A DNA stretch of 64,000 nucleotides from a virus. This document shows positions 61,242-64,000 of this stretch, piece by piece; the stretch's first letter is position 1; each line of letters starts with the position of its first letter. Under the pieces are notes generated by a model. That model was not told the DNA's origin, searched no databases, and worked only from the letters and a program-made list of their open reading frames with translations. The translations under genes were made by a program, and so were the position numbers. The DNA is taken from positions 30,489-94,488 of IMG/VR virus record IMGVR_UViG_3300037247_001602. One strand, 5' to 3'.

Positions 61242-61317
61242 TGGTTGGGCGCTCGGGAGTTGAACCCGACACGCAGACTTTATAAGAATCCGCAGATCAA
61301 CCGGATCGTCGCGCCCA
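61242..61317 (-). tRNA. atypical tRNA-Ile(TAT)
   Basis: 7-bp acceptor TGGGCGC/GCGCCCA, ACCA, T arm TCGGG-TTCAACT-CCCGA, loop CTTATAA; D arm non-canonical. Confidence 0.75.
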
Positions 61318-62051
61318 TTCCTTTCCTTCTATGCCAGTGCCCATTCAGTCCACAGGTGGCTGTAAGCATCTAAAGAGTAATCGAGCAGCATACTTCCTGC
61401 AAGATAACTCCAGAAATTGTTGCACTCAATATATGTCGCCATATACTTCGATGGAGAAGTTACCGTATTAGACATAATAGAGTCTGTGCGCGTGAGTTGG
61501 TTTTCGAAGATATGATAGCCGCAGTTGTGGCAATAGAGATGCCTGCCTCTGCCTGGGAATAAGACGCCCCAGGTTCCGATCAAAGAGCCCTGTTGCACGC
61601 GTATTTTGGTCTTGGTGATATATTGTGGATCGAAGCAATTTGTACAAAACACAATGGATCTAGCCGGAATCTGACTCCTTTCGTTAGGTAGTCCCAGCCT
61701 GACTGTGGTGATCATAGGTATTTGGTGTTGGAGAATACCCAGTCGCGCTTCCAGTCCCATTCATCCTGGACATAGCAACAGAACTGATCTCTGTTCAGGG
61801 AAATTGTCTCGTCCTCGCACATTTCTAGCATCCCGATGACTGTGGTATATGCATCAAGATGGCTGGATGGCTCGTCGAAAACAGCAGCCAGCAGAGGATG
61901 CCTTTTCCCGCCTCTAGCCCCACGTCCATGATTAGGGCTGATTTCTTTGAGCGTCCCCTCGCTAGCTTCAGCAACAACTTTCTTGGCCTCTTCGGCGACA
62001 TCCCTGCGCCAGTTCCTCATGGCCTTCTGGTAATCGGATCGATGTTGCTCT

Positions 62052-62330
62052 TTATTTGCCATGAGTACTGAAAGAAGTTTGTCCTTCTTGATCATCACCG
62101 ACATTGGACTTGGGCTTGGCATCATTTTCCTCCCTATTGGGCGACCATGGTTGCAGGTGAATCGTAACAGGTGTCCAGCTAGTAGCAGCTATGACCATTT
62201 TGACAGCTTGTTCGCAGTTATATTTCTGCGTGTATCCTCTCGGTGAGATCGCGATGATTTGTCCGTTCTTCCCTTTGAGAATCCAATTCCACCGTGATTC
62301 CAAAGTCTCTTGATAGACAACGAACTTCAT
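62052..62330 (-). CDS. YegP/DUF1508-like protein
   Basis: KFVVY....RWNWILKGKNGQIIA.S.RGY..K..C..AV..V. Confidence 0.65.
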   Translation of the reverse strand: MKFVVYQETLESRWNWILKGKNGQIIAISPRGYTQKYNCEQAVKMVIAATSWTPVTIHLQPWSPNREENDAKPKSNVGDDQEGQTSFSTHGK

Positions 62331-62349
62331 GATGTTCCCCAAGGGCTGG

Positions 62350-63129
62350 TCATGTTTCATCTGATCCCATCCATCCCCAGGATATTTCTGCGAGAGCCAT
62401 ATCCGTGCAGTACCACTCGCCTCGAACATCCCAGAGCCAATCGATACTCCACTTTCCGTCGAAGTGCTGAGCGACCTGATAAGTCAGATCCGTGAGAATA
62501 CCAACCTCCTCGCCGCTTTCCTCATTGAGTTGTGCGAGTTGCTCCCGCCAATCATCTGGAATGTCTGTCTTTTTCGGAGGCGGCAGTTCGCCTTCGACTC
62601 CGAATATATCTAGATCTTGCGGCTCTGCCCATTCGGCGATCGCCCCTTCCGGCCAGTAGGGAATGTGTCCAACGACCTTGCGATCCTGGATAAAGTAGCG
62701 TCGCTCTTTGCTGACGGGGAATTTCCCCACGAATGCGGTAAAGGCGATCTCTGGCTGGAGCATTTCCCGGATGACCCATACATCATGGGGCAAGCCCATC
62801 ATATGTACGAGATGGCTCCATTCAATGAGTTTCCCCATATGGGAAAGCAGGTCATCGGCCTTCTTGACGAAGCACGTATCCTTCCACTCATGCTTTCCAG
62901 CTCCCTGGCCCGTGCGGAGGAAGAGTGGGTAGCCAATCTGAGACTTGGCGGCATTCTTGATATTCTGGATGAAATCGTCGATTCCATCAGGCCTGTGGCC
63001 GTCAAGGACTCTCACAAGATCGATGCTGGTTTGGAAGATGATCGTCTTCGGTGTCTTCACGCCCGACGCTTTAAGTTTTGGATACCAGTAAGATAGGCAA
63101 CACTTCTTACGGTCTTCCACTTCCTTCAC
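62350..63129 (-). CDS. ATP-grasp-fold protein
   Basis: V.TPKT...YPLFLRT...KH.W...WVIRE...ERRYFI...WSIDW...WYCTDMA; GTG at 63129 follows GGAGA. Confidence 0.55.
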   Translation of the reverse strand: MKEVEDRKKCCLSYWYPKLKASGVKTPKTIIFQTSIDLVRVLDGHRPDGIDDFIQNIKNAAKSQIGYPLFLRTGQGAGKHEWKDTCFVKKADDLLSHMGKLIEWSHLVHMMGLPHDVWVIREMLQPEIAFTAFVGKFPVSKERRYFIQDRKVVGHIPYWPEGAIAEWAEPQDLDIFGVEGELPPPKKTDIPDDWREQLAQLNEESGEEVGILTDLTYQVAQHFDGKWSIDWLWDVRGEWYCTDMALAEISWGWMGSDET

Positions 63130-63325
63130 GGGATTCTCCCTTGATCCTGTACTGAGTCCTGCGGTGACGCTTCCAGCAGCGATCATCGAAATCGCTGCGA
63201 AGAATATCATCCCAAGCACAAACTAAATGCTTGGGTTTACGACGCCCACGGACTGGCCAATTCTGGTTAGCCCTCTTCTCCTGAAGCGTCCGTGGGTGCT
63301 TCATCAGGCTTTCGATCCGTCCCAT
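63107..63325 (-). CDS. small basic phage protein
   Basis: HPRTLQEKR...RGRR...AWDD...WKRHRRTQY; GGAGG RBS. Confidence 0.6.
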   Translation of the reverse strand: MGRIESLMKHPRTLQEKRANQNWPVRGRRKPKHLVCAWDDILRSDFDDRCWKRHRRTQYRIKGESREGSGRP

Positions 63326-63491
63326 GTTGTCCCTCCTTAGGTTGATTACCTAGGGGGGATGCATTGTCTCCATCATCTGGCTTCTCCTTTGGAACGTAGT
63401 CGGAACAGTCCATTATGACGCCGCAGTTCATGCAGCGCACCTGGCAAGGAAGTTCGATCGTTTCGTGGCCGCAGAATTCGCAGATCAAAAG

Positions 63492-63564
63492 TACCCCCGG
63501 CAGGACTCGAACCTGCATGATCCGGGTAGAGGCCGGACAGTTTATCCGATTAGCTTACGGGGGC
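63492..63564 (-). tRNA. tRNA-Arg(TCT) with C33
   Basis: TCCGG-CCTCTAC-CCGGA; D loop GGATA (A20, Arg identity); T arm GCAGG-TTCGAGT-CCTGC. Confidence 0.8.
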
Positions 63565-64000
63565 TCATTCGATCAGCCCTTCCTTCTTGAGTAGATAGAG
63601 AAGATCGATTTGGCTTTTGACCGAGCAGCAGATCAACGCTCGTGGGGCGTTGTTCCAGATATTTGAATTCGTACCATCATCATTATAGGGGTCTTCGATT
63701 GGGTTTCCACCTGTGTTTCTGATATATTTTCGATATTTTTCCATCCATTCAGGCATCTTCCAGGTCTTCTTGGCTTTGGCTACCATGAGCAAGTGAACCT
63801 CACTATAGAAACATGCAAGGGGAGTTTTGAGGTATCGACTTCAAAGCCAGTCGTGTCATCTCGGCTGTATTTCTTAAGCCAACAAGGAAGATCCTTTGCC
63901 ATATCATACCGTGACCAGGACCCCACCCCAACGCCTGCTTCATCTGGGTCCTCATGATTGAAATACTTCTCGACTTCTTCGGGAATCGCAATCCCTGCTG

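Larger units (their letters stand above)
49533..64000 (-). other. block of small early or accessory genes interspersed with tRNAs
   Basis: Dense coupled minus-strand ORFs, e.g. 49711-50190, 50883-51167, 51838-52401, 52429-53076, 53566-54423, 55822-56280, 59896-60156, 61712-62125. Confidence 0.8.

Overview
This window is a 64-kb segment of a large tailed phage genome, probably a myovirus (jumbo or huge type). It uses the standard genetic code with strong Shine-Dalgarno signals. Plus-strand blocks (1-8.2, 8.9-10.0, 11.3-27.6 and 41.7-49.5 kb) encode virion and late functions: a portal, a MuF-like head protein, a spike, terminase, three tandem fibre paralogs, a sulfotransferase, a single-chain fused beta-beta' RNA polymerase, an SNF2 ATPase and a phosphoesterase-ligase (LigD-like). 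Minus-strand blocks (8.2-8.9, 10.0-11.2, 27.7-41.6 and 49.5-64 kb) hold dense small early or accessory genes and 9 tRNAs. Four signals are not explained by this gene list. (1) Unrelated plus-strand proteins share a protein-level N-terminal tag, IEKIA (general form [ED]K[IVTL]A). It suggests a capsid-targeting or maturation-cleavage address that loads enzymes into the virion. (2) A phage-specific promoter-like motif, GGTATAAG, often fused to the preceding terminator, precedes minus-strand transcription units. Plus-strand units instead have sigma70-like promoters with 16-bp spacers. (3) Three ~85-100 nt structured RNA units lie in tandem between two tRNAs. They share an invariant core (GGAGCCGC...GCGAUGCUAYGAU) but have fully covarying closing stems; a second, two-copy structured element lies nearby. 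(4) Several tRNAs are non-canonical: Leu-AAG, Ile-UAU with an atypical D arm, and Arg-UCU with C33. All product calls come from recognising motifs by eye; no database searches were run.
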